From the NCBI RefSeq assembly GCF_018977255.1, contig NW_024704743.1, positions 70,248,001 to 70,312,000 on the forward strand: a stretch of DNA of 64,000 bases, in the 5' to 3' direction. The position numbers and the translations under genes were made by a program. The stretch is from Callorhinchus milii. Lineage: Eukaryota. Each line of letters begins with the position of its first letter. Within the stretch, counting starts at the first letter, position 1. Below, one piece after another: positions 38,087 to 51,879 of this stretch. The notes under the pieces were generated by a model. It was not told where the DNA came from. It saw only the letters and a program-made list of their open reading frames with translations, and made no database searches.

Positions 38087-38404
38087 CTAGTTTCAAATAT
38101 ATATGCTTGTTTGTAATATAATGTGAGTGCTCCGAGACATACCTCATGTGAATGGCACTATATAAATGCAAGTTGTCATTGTTGTAATTATTTGGTTTTA
38201 ATTATCCACATCTGCCTCTAATAATTATAATAATTATTATAATCATTTGATATCGTGCTTTATCACATCATGAAGACATCTCAAAGCACTCAAAGGAATT
38301 TACTGCAAGTGTAGTGACTGTACATTTATGGGAAAGCAATGCATTTTTTAATGCATACACACGCATACTGTGTAATTGTACCTTAAGTCTATTTTTGTGA
38401 TTGT

Positions 38405-39085
38405 GCTGAAACCCTGGTCCACGCCTTTGTCACCTCAAGGCTGGACTATGGGAACTCTCTCCTCGCCGGCCTTCCCGCCACCTCTCTCCACAAGCTGCAG
38501 GTCATGCAGAACTCTGCAGCTCGTGTACTGTCCCGCACCAGGCTTCGGGACCACATCACTCCCACCCTCGCTCGCCTCCACTGCCTCCCCATCCCCCAGA
38601 GGATTAATTTCAAGATCCTCACCTACAAGGCCATTCGCGGCCTTGCTCCCTCCTACCTCTCCGACCTACTATCCCCCTACCTACCTGCCCGTACCCTCCG
38701 TTCCTCAGGCTCCGGTCTGCTCCACGTCCCCCGCCCCAATCGCCCTACCATCGGTGGTCGGGCCTTCAGCCTCTCAGCCCCGAGGCTCTGGAACTCTATC
38801 CCCCAGCGCCTTCGCCGCCTCCTCCCTTTCCTCCTTCAAGGCCGGTCTCAAGACCTTTCTCTTTGACCGAGCCTTCAGCTCCCCTCTCGACTCTCTTCCC
38901 CCTCCTCGCTCCCTCCCTTCCCTCCCCTCACCCTGACCATTTCCCCCCTCCTCGCTCCCTCCCTCCCCCTCACCCTGACCATTTCCCCCCTGCTCGGGTC
39001 ATGACCCAACTGTGCAGCGCCTTGGGACGTCCTCCTGACGTGAAAGGCGCTTTATAAATGGAATCTTGTTGTTGTTGTTGTTGTT
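38405..39085 (+). mobile_element. Young L2 LINE 3' fragment
   Basis: [51 protein letters not shown]; CpG-rich; (gtt)n tail. Confidence 0.95.
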
Positions 39086-39956
39086 TGTCCTTATTTCTTT
39101 TAAATATCTATTTGAAAAATGAAATAAACAATGAACTAGCTAAAAGAAAAGTAATTTAGAATCTTAGTCACACTCAGGCTCATTCCATCCTAGTTGGAGG
39201 CAGAGTTTTATGTGGCATTGAGTTTCTCTCTTTTACAAACATACACATTTACCAAAATTTAATTATATGCCAGTTAATAGTAATGTTCTGCGTAAAATGT
39301 TCTGTGTAGGGTAGAGACCCACTGTGGTACAAAAAGATTAGTGCAAGGGAAATTATAATTAACAATTGGAGTAACTGAAGAAACATGAAAATATATTGAA
39401 ACACAAATTAACTAACCATGGAGGGGGATATATGATAAATTTGCAATGTTGCTGACTTTCATGTTAGAGTTTAATTCAATGACGAAGATTCACTGAAAAG
39501 AGATAATCGATGTCACTATATGTGTAACATGGCTACCTGTGGTTTAAAAGCGAGGGGGACGCTGGTGTGATTTGGAACATGATAATACGCAGCTGTTAGT
39601 GGTATTTAATTGGCTTCATTTCAATTGATTTGTGTCAGAAAATTTGTTGACTAAACATGAAATCTAACACATGGGTATTTTATTGCACCCCACATCCTTT
39701 TGTATAAAACTGCGGTTTAACCATTGAAAAACAAATGCCACCTATCACTAGATGCCATTTGCATTTCATTCTCTTGTTATGAACTAGTTTGCACAAAGTG
39801 GACATCAATTCATTTCCTCTTACTGTTTAGCAACTGACAGAATGCATTCTTTTTATTGCTGTGACAATGACTAACTCATTTTTGGTTGGTCCTGTGCATT
39901 TTCATCACAGATTTAAATTTAGTTATAGCCAATTTTTGTTTAATGACTTGCGTTAC

Positions 39957-40990
39957 CAGACTTTTACAATCCTGAGCCTGTGTTATCATCAGGGAGTTTA
40001 TAAAACAGCAGGTTGTTTTTACATGGAGTCTCCAGACAGTCGACAGTCCCTGGTAAAGCCACGCCAGGAAATGGCTTTTCAGTGGAGCATTTTCAACTTC
40101 TTACCAATCACATCTGTTTCATACTTCACTTATTTGTAATTTAAGTCCCTGAATTGAATCTTTCATTTTCAACAGCTGGGCTCACAAATGCAGCCTGCTT
40201 AAGAATAGAGATTTCATATCTACAGTCAACTCTCGGCTCAGCTTCAACAATGCAGCCATTCCCTCGCTTGAGGCAACCAGGCATAACTACCTCTGAGACG
40301 TAGATTTATACCATGTGTTATTTGGTTGAATAGGCTGATTCAGTTCAATATTCTTAAATTGCCTGGCAATTTGCCCAGAATTAGACTGAATGCCAGAAAT
40401 AAGCTGCAACATTATCATAATATTCACAATGAAGATCATTCATTTGGGAGCAACCAACTCACATTTACAATGCTCTCCTGTCGTTTTCTGTTATTTGTCT
40501 TCCTATTACTTCCACAAAAACAAGAGCTGAGGAGAATGATGGGAGGACAATAATAACTTTGTGACTTACAACATGGAGCCAGTATTAGAAATCTAAAAGT
40601 TGACCTATTATTTGTTTTGCTTTGCTTTTTTCAGTTTAATATCCTTTTCATAAGCTAAATTATTTGATTCTTGAATTGCACGAGGGAGGTTCAATTTGAG
40701 GATTTTTGTGTGTCCTTAAAACTGCATAAATTGTATGTAGTATTGTAGGTTGTATGGGAAGAGGAGTCTGCTTAATTGTAATTTTTAACGATTACAAGTT
40801 TCCTTTCTGCAGCATTTTAAATGGACTCATTCCAAATGAGTCCGCTCATATCACCGTGTAATGCAGAGAACCTGCTTTCAAAAGCCCTCCTTTTGATGCT
40901 CTTCAAGTAGTGTCTCTAATCATAGAATGAATGATTTGCCTCCTGAGTTGTTCAGTTTTCTCTGCACAACTCGAACGAGGACCTCACAAG
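39957..40990 (-). pseudogene. Cluster of exon remnants
   Basis: ~40990-40797: AEKTEQLRRQIIHSMIRDTT*RASKGGLLKAGSLHYTVI*ADSFGMSPFK. 40113-39957 (cag acceptor, gtaacg donor): WRGFTRDCRLSGD, then frameshift to CKNNLLFY, like RGS 'F..FC..SG...KN..YFW'. Confidence 0.5.
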
Positions 40991-41715
40991 GTGAGGAATC
41001 ATGAGCACAAATTTGTATTCTTGAATTCAATGCTATAGTGTGCTGCATTTCTAGCACTGTGTGGAATCATACCCTGCATGTGCCATTGTTATGGACAATG
41101 AGTGGAGACAAGCTGGCAAAGGTTTTAATTTGGTTCATTCTGAACAGCAAAAAGCAAATTTGGATGTTCTTAGTCCTCAAACTAGGATCACATCTCATTG
41201 CTGAATATGATTAATTATACGTTTGGTTTCTCTATCTGGACAAGTGAGCTTGAAAACACATTTATACTGTCAGAACCACAACTGTAGAGAAAGCAAATTA
41301 TAAGTTACAATTCTTACCCTTGATCTCAAATTTCTCTAGAGCTTGGAGCCAATTCTTCATTTCATTCCTCACTTTTGAATTCTAAACTTCTAACTGTTGT
41401 CTGACTGACTATTTTACCGTATTGTCCCAGCAATATGGTCTAAAGTTTGTCAAGCATATTATTTAATGGATTGATGATCTGAAAACTGATGGTCAACCAA
41501 ATCAATAAAATTTCACATAACTTAGGGAAGCAGCAAAATGCCTTCTTGATGAGGAAGCATTGATCTCAATTACTGATCAAAATCAGATAGCAAAAGTAGT
41601 AGGTGATTTGATAATTATCACCAATAATAATTATCCCATTGGGCGACATTCTGCTCCTGACTATGTCCCAGTGATAACTACCTCAGGGCCCCAGCCCCAA
41701 CCTCTTTAAAATTAC

Positions 41716-42037
41716 ATCATCTGAAAGCTCTTTTCTCTAGCTGTAGAGACAATCAGTAGCTCCTCTAATCTTGCCGTGGCATACATCCCAGCGTTTCCAT
41801 GCCAGTTTGGGAAATATTGGCTTAAGAACTGTTTAAAAGCTCTGTTTGGGCTTTTTGAGATCGAAAGACACTTTACAAATTTAAAAAGTGATTTTTCACT
41901 CCTTTCCTCAGTGGGTATCATGACCTCACTTAGTGATGTAGACTACAGTCCTCTTGGTCTGAATCCATTCCAGTGACAAGGCTGCTTCGAGAGTTTGAGC
42001 AACATATTTGCAGTTTGTAAAATTCTTTTGAGTGCTC
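41716..42037 (-). pseudogene. Exon remnant
   Basis: Reads ALKRILQTANMLLKLSKQPCHWNGFRPRGL*STSLSEVMIPTEERSEKSLFKFVKCLSISKSPNRAFKQFLSQYFPNWHGNAGMYATARLEELLIVSTAREKSFQM, then donor gtaatt; acceptor weak. Confidence 0.55.
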
Positions 42038-43146
42038 CTTTTAATTCTCCTAATTATTGTATTTGTGCCTGTGTCTCTGTTTAATAAACACATTCGGTTT
42101 TATTTGTACAGGTTTGTGCAAAGAAATTAATGCTTCTGTTTAACCAAACATCCATACAGCAATACTGTATATATAATAACAAGGTTTTTTATGTTGGATT
42201 CTGTTAAAGACTTCATAACATGGAAAAGTTGTCAATCTAGAGATGAAGCAATTTAATTTGTAAGGGATACAAGAACAAAGAAAAACAGGGTCAGGAAGAG
42301 GCCATTCAGCCCCTCAAGCCCATTTTACTGGTTTATTAGATTTTGGCAGACCTTTTTATCCTAGATCTTTTAATCCTAGACCTTTTAATCCTAGACCTTT
42401 TAATACCTTCTGACCTCAATTCTGACTGACATGGTCCCGATTTTAAGCCTATGCCCCAGTCGGCTTTTGCGAATTGTAGGTGTACTTCAAATTAATGTTC
42501 CTGAAAGCTTTTACATAAAACCATAACACTTGCTAGACCTATCTCTATTGTTTAGTGATTTTCTAGAACAAGTGCCCTTGCATAGCATTGCCATCCTGGT
42601 TCACAGGTTTGCTAATGTGGTGCTTAGAAAAGTTATGATCAACAAACCATGACAATCTATTAACATAAAATGTTACAGATCAGACGGGCTGAAAGGCATT
42701 GGAACAATGTCATTGGAACATCAGGCAAACGTCCTTGCTCAAATTACTAGCCGTGAACACTTGACAGTAGATTTCCAGCTGTTCTGTCCTGTTGACTAGA
42801 AACCCAGGTGTATCAGTTCAGGGTGTAAGAGCATTCCTCAATAATTTGTGCAAGACTCTAATGTTGGTCTCAGCTGTTTGATATTCATTAGAATCATTCA
42901 TTTTCTAATGAATGTTCTGTCAGCATAGAAAAAACAATCTGTCATCTGCCTATCACTGGAACAACATTGGAGGTTTCTGATTGAGTGTCTTTCACCTTTG
43001 TGTTGAACTCACACTAGATGGCTAATTCCACGTAGACTTATATGACTGCTATTGATTCCTGTAATAGTTCTTACAATTTTAGATGATATATCCTCCTCTC
43101 AGGGTTTCCCAAAGTCATCATTAAATATCACGGAATCAGTTTGTGT

Positions 43147-43830
43147 CATAGAAACATAGAAACAGGAGTAGGTTATTCAGTTCCTCGACCCTGTTCCACC
43201 ATTCTATAAGATTATGACTGATCTGTACCTCAAGTCCAGTTGCCTGCCCTTGCCCATATCCCTTAATACCCTGACCTAACAAATAGCTATTTACCCCCAG
43301 ATTTCCTCTAGCCTTTGAATGAAAAACTGCCTCCTACTTTCACTCCTAAGTGGCCTAGCTCTGATTTCCCCCCCTTGTTCTGAATTCCTCACCAGAGGAA
43401 ATAGTTTCTCTGTATCTACCCTTTCAAATCCCTTTATTATTGTAAAGGCCTCAATCAGATCACCTCTCAACCTTCTAAACTCAAGTAATAGAGACCAAGT
43501 TTATGCAACCTGTCCTTATAATTTAACGCTTTAAGTTCTGGTATCATTCTGGTTAACCTGCAGTGATTCCCCTTCCAGGGCCAATATATCCTTCCTGAGG
43601 TGCGATGCCCAAAACTGAAGGCAGTACTCCAGATGGAGTCTGACCAAGGCTCTATATAGTTGAAGCATAATTTCCTCTCCTTTATATTACAGCCCCCTTG
43701 GGATAATTTTTGATAACATTTTGCATCCGTGAGCTTGTTTTTGGTGATCTGTGTACATGGATACACAAATCTCTTTGCTCCTCCACAGTTCTTAGTTTCT
43801 CCCCATTTAGAAAATATTCTGTTTTACCAT
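43147..43830 (-). mobile_element. CR1 LINE 3' fragment
   Basis: (catagaaa)2 tail; reverse ALVRLHLEYC and RMIPELKALNYKDRL motifs. Confidence 0.9.
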
Positions 43831-44099
43831 CCATAGTGGTTGACTAGATACAGTATAGCAGCAGAACATTGGCTTTCAGGACAAAGGTAAAGAGATACAA
43901 CATTGTACTGTAGTAGTAGGCAGTTTAACCCATACCTGTGCAATGTATGATATGAACAGCTTTTATTGGAAATATCACTGCTTTGAAAGAACAGCAACTA
44001 TTTCCATTTGACAGCTCCATGCACGTAAATAAATGACTCAAATCGTTCATCGGGGAAGACAATAAAGAATGGGCAAAACAATTATTCGTGATGGAACAA

Positions 44100-44357
44100 T
44101 AAAAACAAGATTACATTTGTATAGCGCCTTTCACATCGGGAGAATGTCCCAAGGCGCTGGACAGTGTTCAACATTTCAGCCCCAAGCTGGGGTCAGGGAG
44201 GGAGACGGGAGGGGAGACGAAGGGGGGTAACCCATGGCATGGTTGAAGAGGAGGGTTTTGAGGCGGGACTTGAAGGAGGCTAAGGAGAGGATGAGGCGTA
44301 ATGATTGGGGGATGGAATTCCAGAGGTTGGGGCAGAGTGGCTGAAGGCTGTCCCGCC
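44100..44357 (-). mobile_element. L2 3' fragment
   Basis: GGTAFSHSAP..WNS motif and tail. Confidence 0.85.
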
Positions 44358-44639
44358 AAATAAAGATATGGCTTCAAATACAGAGGTAAGCAATATGAAA
44401 TTCAATGTCATGATTATCACTGGTAAGAAATATGAAATAAATGCTGTTCCTCGGAGAAACTTAAGTGAAGTTAAACCTGTATTCCACAAAATGACATTCA
44501 AATTCCGTGATCTATGAGACGGCATCTTCAAAGATACTGCAAGTCAGCTCATTGGATACCACAGCCATTTATTCACTGTGACAGGAGCAGAATGTCCAAT
44601 GACGATATAAGTTTTCATTAGCGATCATTTTAATAATCG

Positions 44640-45035
44640 TTTTAATAATAATTACGTTGTCAAAATGTTGCAAACTGCTTCACAGGATTTACGGTAAAGT
44701 ATAGACAAATTGGTCAGACAATTCGCAAACACCAATGTCCCACAAACAGCCATGATGTGAATGATCAATTTTATTCAGGTGACTGTTGGCCAGGACACAA
44801 GGCAAAACATTCTGCTGTTTTCAAATTGTGTCAAGAGCTCTTTAACATCCACCTGAACAGGTAGACAGGACCATGGTTTAACATCTCATCCAAAGCATGG
44901 CAGCTCTGACAATGCAACTTTCTTCTGCACTGCACTGGAGTGTCAGTCTGGATTATAAACTCAAAGTGCTGATATAGGGTTTGTACCCACAACTTCTGAC
45001 CCGTGGGCAAGAGTGCTACCAACTGAGTCAGGCTC
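44640..45035 (-). mobile_element. SacSINE1-like DeuSINE
   Basis: Reverse head (agagtgctaccaactgagtc), Deu core and tail. Confidence 0.8.
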
Positions 45036-45820
45036 ACACAAGACACCTATTATCAATTATGACATTGATTGTCACATTCTTCACCCCATAGTTTATTTGG
45101 AGACATATGAAAAAGGGGTAGAGAAGGCAAATGCTCAGCTTCCAATGGTGGATGGAGTGAGTGAAGCATAAGTAGTAATGAGTCCAAAAGAATGAATACA
45201 AATATTTTAGTAATGGTATGCATATCTTTAGAATATCTTTCATTTATATTGCAAGAAGTACATCATTTGCATTAACAGTCACAGAGCAGAATTGTTATTG
45301 CAATACAATTAGAATTGTTAGCCTGTTTGTTAAATTAACATTTTATTTAAAGAACCACAATTAAAATACCACAACAGGTACAATGCCACGTACCAAGACA
45401 GTCTTTCAGTTACAGCTGGGTTCCGATTTATATGGCTAAGTATAAATTCCAGTGTAGATTGACATTTGAATTACATTTTCCTCAGTGAGTGAGGTTTGGT
45501 TGATGTCAACAAACCCCTAGATTATGAATGTATGGAAGCAAAATTTCATTAGAGAAGAAGAGGGCAGAAAAGGCTACTAGGACACAGGAGAATCTTCTCT
45601 CAGTTAGTTAGGAAGCAACAGAGATGGAAAAGCTTGTGTCCCAGATTTTGTTATCAAGCTGAAGGAGAAAGGTAGTGACAGATGGTAGCACAAGGGATCT
45701 TATTGGGAACGTCTTAGTTTTTTTTAAGTTCCTTGTTTGTGGTTTTAAAATTAGTGCAATTGCATGGAACAATGCTTTCAGAAATCCAGAAATTGTGCGA
45801 TATGCAAGAAAAATTAGCAA

Positions 45821-46050
45821 AGGGACTATGTGGCTCAGTGGAGTACAACACTGTCCTTTCAACTCTGGGACCTGGGATTGAATCTGGTCCAGATTTGATA
45901 AGATAACAGTTCTTCTTATTACCACTGCAAGAGTCCCATGTGAAATGAAGTTGGGGGCAATATCAACTAGTTTCCACGCACAGACGTTTGTGCGGGACTA
46001 GTTATTATTACAAGCACACAACAAAACGAGCAGATTAATTGACACTAAAT
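45821..46050 (+). mobile_element. LF-SINE-like element
   Basis: gggactatgtggctcagtgg..cctttcaactctgggacctgggattgaatc..atgtgaaatgaagttgg resembles the recalled LF-SINE 5' half. Confidence 0.55.
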
Positions 46051-46829
46051 TTTTCAGAGTGATTGCTTGCATGGCTGAAATATTATATTAAACAGCAAGG
46101 GGTATTTTTTTTAGGTTATGGGTTAAAACCCAGTTTTGCTTTTGTTTGGGTGGCATATGTAAGGAAGTCAGATATCAAAGAGGTGCAAAACTGTAGTTGT
46201 GGCATAAGCTTTCACTGAAATATGTGTTATCAAGCTTTGTCTAAACTGTACTTGCCCTTATAAACTATTTTCCAAGATGCTACTCACACAAAGGGCACTA
46301 TATAAATGCAAGTTGTTGTTGTAACTTGGGGGTTATTATGTAAATTATGCTATCCATATTTAAATCCATGTGTTCAGAGGGAATTACAGGTGCTCCAAAC
46401 TATGCAATAAACAACCAATTAAATATTTGTACATGTTTTACACAACTTGCATGATAGAAACGGAATTATCCATTAAGGATGGAGGCCGTTCGGCCATCTT
46501 TTCTGTGTCACTACTACTTTAATCTTTCCACAGTCTCCCTCCACTCCTGCCTCTGTAACTACCTCAACCCTACTGACCTGGCTACTCCCTTTACTTAGTG
46601 AACACAGTCTGTTTCATGTCCCCTGCCCTATTTGCCCACCTTCAGAATGCGGGCTTTCATCCATTCTGTCCTAGTTCTCTGAAACTCCAACTCATGATTC
46701 TCTCCGACTCACTTGCTCCCTCCCCAAGTTCAAATCTTGCCCTTAATATGTACCTCTTTGTCTGTACTTTTGGTCATCTTTCCCCTCTCCACCCATTTTG
46801 TCTCCCAATTTTCTTGAAATGTCATGATA

Positions 46830-47030
46830 ACAATTATTGCATTTGATATAGCACCTAATCGTGATTTTAAAATGTCTCAAAGTGTTTCCCATAATTTACA
46901 ATCAAGTATAGTGACTGTATATTTGCAAGTGAATTTGGCAGCCAATTTGCACAGAGCAATGTCTCACAAAGAGCCTTGAAATGAATGATCAATTTAATCT
47001 GGAGGATTGTTGGCCAGGACACCAGGAGAA
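46830..47030 (-). mobile_element. DeuSINE 3' fragment
   Basis: Tail plus ggcagccaatttgcacagagcaatgtctcac and ttggccaggacacc. Confidence 0.7.
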
Positions 47031-47548
47031 ATAAGAATAAAATCATGATCTGCAGTTTTGGTGGATTAAAGCCTTTAGTACAGTGTTCCCAGACAATTAT
47101 GAAACCAAACAGATGATATTACAATTAATTGTAGCCTTGGTCAGACCACATTTGGATTAGTAGCAAGGTTTATCTAATTCAAAAACAAATGTGGAACTCT
47201 CAGTTTGGTTCAGATATTCTTAAACTTAGTGTTGAGTTTCTATACATCAGTCATCTGATTGATCAAATCATAAATATTTATTTATTGGAGGGAGTTTAAT
47301 GAAAAGGTACTAGATTAGTTTAGCTCCATGTCCTCCACGCTGCTCTCTCCACAATTGGTGGTTGGGTATTCAGCCTTTCTGCCCTCCACTCTCTGGAACT
47401 CCATACCAGAGCCTCTCCACTTCGCTGTCTTCCTTTAGAAAGGTGCTGGCTGACTGATTCAGAACTGTAATGTTTATTGCACTCCTGCCGATTGTGAATG
47501 CAACAAATGTGAAAGTAAGCCACATAGACTACAAGGATCCCAATTTAT

Positions 47549-48095
47549 GGAGTCCTGTAGCTCAGTGGTTAGAGCACTCGCTTTGCAAGCGAGAGACCTG
47601 AGTTCAATTCCAGGCAGAGGGCGAAACCTTGGGCAAGTTTCCTTACTCCACACGCCTAATAATAATCCCTCCAAAACCAAAACCAATGATAAATCGATCA
47701 TTTTGAATCCACGACTGTCTGTGGGACATTGCTGTGCGCAATTGTCTGCCGTGTTCGCCCACAAATATACAGTCAATTCACTTTACAATATATTCTGTGA
47801 AGCGCTTTGGGACGTCCTCCCGACTTCTCTTTGACCGTGCCTTCAGCTCCCCTCTCGACTCTCTTCCTCCTCCTCGCTCCCTCCCTTCCCTCCCCTCCCC
47901 CTGACCATTTCCCCCCTCCTCTCTCCCTCCCTTCCCTCCCCTCACCCTGACCATTTCCCCCCTGCTCGGGTCATGACCCAACTGTGCAGCGCCTTGGGAC
48001 GTCCTCCTGACGTGAAAGGCGCTCTATAAATGGAATCTTGTTGTTGTTGTTGTTGTTGAAAAGCGCTATATCAAATGCAAGGATTATTATTTTAT
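47549..48095 (+). mobile_element. Ala-SINE with an L2 3' fragment (~47825-48057) inserted in its tail
   Basis: SINE tail is split at gacgtcctcccgac | gaaaagcgctatatc; the insert is nearly identical to 38856-39085. Confidence 0.92.
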
Positions 48096-48389
48096 TTTAT
48101 TCCTTGCCTCCTTCAAGGCCCGTCTCAAGACTTTCTTCTTGGCTGGCTCTTTGGTCACTCTCCCCCATTGCCCCCCACCCCTCTTGACTGTAACCACCAG
48201 CTCGGCTGCAAACCCTTCACTGTCCATTGGGATGTTCTCCCAATGTGTAATGCGCTATATTAATGCAATTTGTTGTTATTGTTTAGATGCATTAGATTTA
48301 GAGATTTAGATACATCAACAAAATATTGTGTGAAATTATATGGATAGGCTGAATGACCAATAATAATAATCTTTATAAACCTTGCATTT

Positions 48390-48720
48390 GATAGACAAGC
48401 TAGGGCTCTTCAGTATTGAAAGAAGACTCAAAGGGGACTTTGTATAAAATTTTAAGTGGGATAGAAAAAGTAAATGCAGATCAAATACTTTAGGATATAA
48501 GAAGACAACAAGAGGGCATAAGTTTAGAGTTGTAAAGGGCAACTTCAGGACAGATAACTGAAGTTTTTCTTTACTCAATGATTGGAAGTGGCCAGGACAC
48601 TGGACTCATTTAAAAAAAACAGGTTAATGCTGTGATGGGGGAACGGTAGGGTGGGTGTTCTGGAGGGATGAGATTGGATGTACCAAAAGGCCTTCTTCAT
48701 CCAAACTAATTTGGGATCTT
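48390..48720 (+). mobile_element. Old CR1 3' fragment
   Basis: KLGLFSIEKRRLKGD and TTRGHKF motifs; 3'UTR. Confidence 0.75.
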
Positions 48721-50219
48721 GGGATCTAGCACCCTATTATGCCATGAAGATATCTCAGAGTGCTTCACAAGGTGTCTTTTTTGTTGGCCTGGATAATGCT
48801 CTCCTCCTGCCTGAAACGGTTTTTATGCACTTTCCTTTGTCATGTCACAGACGAGAGGTTTCTGAGGATATGAAGCTGGGTTGTTATGATATTGAGGAAA
48901 ATAAGTGGATAAGAGTGGCTTCTAAATATTATAACAAAGGTGCAAATTCCTGCCACTTACTATTAGTATTGATCTGACTACATGTCAAGCACCTCACTGC
49001 ATTCCTCAGGTAGCTCCATCCTGTTATTGCTATGAGAGAAAGAAAACTGCAAACCTGGCAGTTGTCCATTTATGCCATTATTATCAGGTCAACAGATGCT
49101 GTATTATTGGCAGCAATAATGCTCCTCTGTAACATCAGAGGGAAAGGTCCAGCACAATGTTTGATGCATTTTTGTGCAAACAATCAAAAATAATAACATA
49201 CATAACAATAATGGACACGCCACCTAGACATACCATATGTTATGAATAGGAGCAAGTAGCTAACCCACTTGTCCTCAATTACAACCTACAGTACTACACT
49301 CCCACACAGCCATCATTGGTAAACTCAACACATGAACTGTGCTCTAAAGCAATGGTTACATGTTTGAGTCTGATTTTGAGCTGAGTGCAACATAGTCCAA
49401 ATATCTGTGTACCTTTTGAGCAAATTTATCACCAGCAAGAATTTTGATGATGGTAGGTGTCAACTCCATTACCTTCTCTAGTAATAGCTTTTTAAATAAT
49501 ATTCAATCTAGTACACAAGGTACAAATTAAGATAAAAGAGAAATTCTGCAAAGTGAAAAATACTATGAGGAATCCTCAAATAACCTAGTTCCATTGAACG
49601 TATACTTGTATAAGCGGCAGATAAGGCACAGATGATAGCATTCCCAATGCACTAAGTTACTTCCTGCTCATATTTCCTGTATACAATTTGTATTCCAATG
49701 AGCAAGATCCCAAACCTTCAAACCTCAATTCATTTGGTGGAGAAATTCTCGGTTACACAGCTTGTTTTTTGTGGTGCTTTGGTTACCTTTGCTTTTTATC
49801 ATTTCAACCAATCATTTTGAAAAAAAATGCAATTTTTGTAAAGAAATGTAGAAATAGGTGGTCTATCAAATGTAAGGATTCATATTATTTATGTAAACAT
49901 AGTGAGGTGGGAGTGGGAGAGTTGGGTAGATAAGCAAGGTCATTGTGTATTATTGATCATGTCTTGTTCACTGAATTCTGGAGAATTCTGTGCATGCACA
50001 CACATACTCCTGGTTTTTATACAGAAGTAAAATAATCCACTTCATATTAAATTTTTAAAAAATCACGTGAGGAGCAGAACAGACAGCTCAGGTAAGTGAG
50101 GTGAAGCCATTGAGAGGGATTGTGGGCAAGAAGCAGGGAAGTGAGTGGTGGGTCTCTTTATAATACCAAGTCATGTCTTTTCCACCTTCTGTTAGTGAAA
50201 GTGCCCTGCGGTAATATAT

Positions 50220-50842
50220 AAACAGCATGTTTAATGAACCAGCGGGTGTTATCTTGCAGTACTTTGACTCAGACTCCAGCTCTAGGACTGAGCATAAATA
50301 GTGCATTTGCAATCTTTGGCATTGCAGTCTGTCAGCTCCACACTATCATTAGCACTAGTATTGGGAAGGAAACTGGATTAAGGTAGAAAAGTAGCAAAAC
50401 AAACCAAAGAGTTCTGATTGTATTACCAGAAGCACCAGCCCCAGTCTGTAATCAGAAGCCTCTCTCAGTGGACATGAGAGGCACTGATTTACTGCCTGAG
50501 CACCAACTTTGGTTGTAACAGCAAATGTGTAAACAACACCTTTCGCCATCTACTCAAACATAAATTGTGTAGATGAATTACCTTAATAACCTCAAAATGA
50601 ACAATATGACCTTTCTGAGCAAATATGAATTTTTTTACTGCACTAAAAAGGCAGATCATAAGTATCAGTACCACACAGTGAAAAGCTGAGGTGGATGTTA
50701 ATATGCAAGAATTGTTATATAAGGTCTTCCAATGACATATTTAGATTGTGATGTAAAATTGCATGTAGCCTGGGCAGAAATGACCACACGACCAATGCAA
50801 TTTTTAAATGCAAAAGGTTGATTAGACCTGAAATTCTCAATG
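50220..50842 (-). pseudogene. Cluster of three exon remnants
   Basis: Acceptors tttttgtag (50843-50845) and ctttttag (50643-50645), donor gtaata after 50427. Peptides LKIALVVWSFLPRLHAILHH, AVKKFIFAQKGHIVHF and frameshifted QTAM/QRLQMHYL. Confidence 0.45.
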
Positions 50843-51879
50843 CTACAAAAAGAACTGTAAACAAAATTACTCACAGCTACTGAACAAGCAGACGATAGAG
50901 AAAACAAGGAAAGAAAACTGCTTTGGTGGGTCTGAAGACTGAATACCAGTCTATCATTTTAAATGTGTTTTCACTTTCACCAGCTACTGCAGTATGATAT
51001 ATAATGTGTAATGCAAGGATATGAATTTTAATGCTAATCCACGTAAAATATTTAATGACAAATCTAATGTTCCTTCTTAATGCAAAATGTGGATATGTTC
51101 ACAAATGCTGTGCAATCCTGAGTAGAGAAAACATCAATAGAGGCCATCGCACGTGGTGAGACATGCCACTACTAACCCTTACAGGCGTTGCTGAAGGGTT
51201 TTGCGTGTGTCCCACTCGAAACACCTGCAGCCACCCACAAGTGAGCCGTCAGTGCGGTCTCTGATATAGAGGAGGCCTATGTATTGAAATTGTCACTGCT
51301 GTCTAGGGCAGCAAAAAAGCAGCTGCATGTGAGAGCTTGGGGTTCCTCATAACAACAACTTGCATATATATTGCGTCCTTCACATGGGGTAGAGTTTCAG
51401 AGCGCTTAGTAGAGTAGAGGTAACTATTAAAGCTAGAAATTGGCCCAGGAGCATTGATATACGGCAATAAAAGTGAACCCCAGGGGTCATCCAGTTATTT
51501 TGGGTGCTGGAAAGGTGAAATAGGAATATAGAAAGTCACAGGACTGGAGCAAACCGCTGTGACCACCTGGCCTGTCCCACAGTGAAAAAAAAGTTTAAAG
51601 ATAGGCTGTCTCACCCTGAAAATTGCTTACATCAGTATGTCTAAGCTAAGCTGATGAACAAAACTCACAAAGTACACAGTCAATCCACTTTACAATGCAT
51701 CCTGTGAAGCGCTTTGAGACGTGTCAATGACATGAAAGGGCTTTTATTATTAATTATTATTAATAGCTCACCTTACTGATCAATGCTGGCTGACTTTCTT
51801 TCCCTTCCCCATCCTATGCTTTCCCCCTCACCTTACATTCTATATTTTGTTTACATTAGGCAAAAGAACCCTTTGTATC

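Noticed and set aside
40813..40990. Plus-strand exon with good AG/GT sites
   Set aside because: Stops in all three plus frames; the minus-strand reading fits the fossil gene better. A non-coding antisense exon cannot be excluded.
42351..42406. CRISPR-like short repeats
   Set aside because: About 15-bp tandem units without spacers in a vertebrate CR1 relic; a simple minisatellite.
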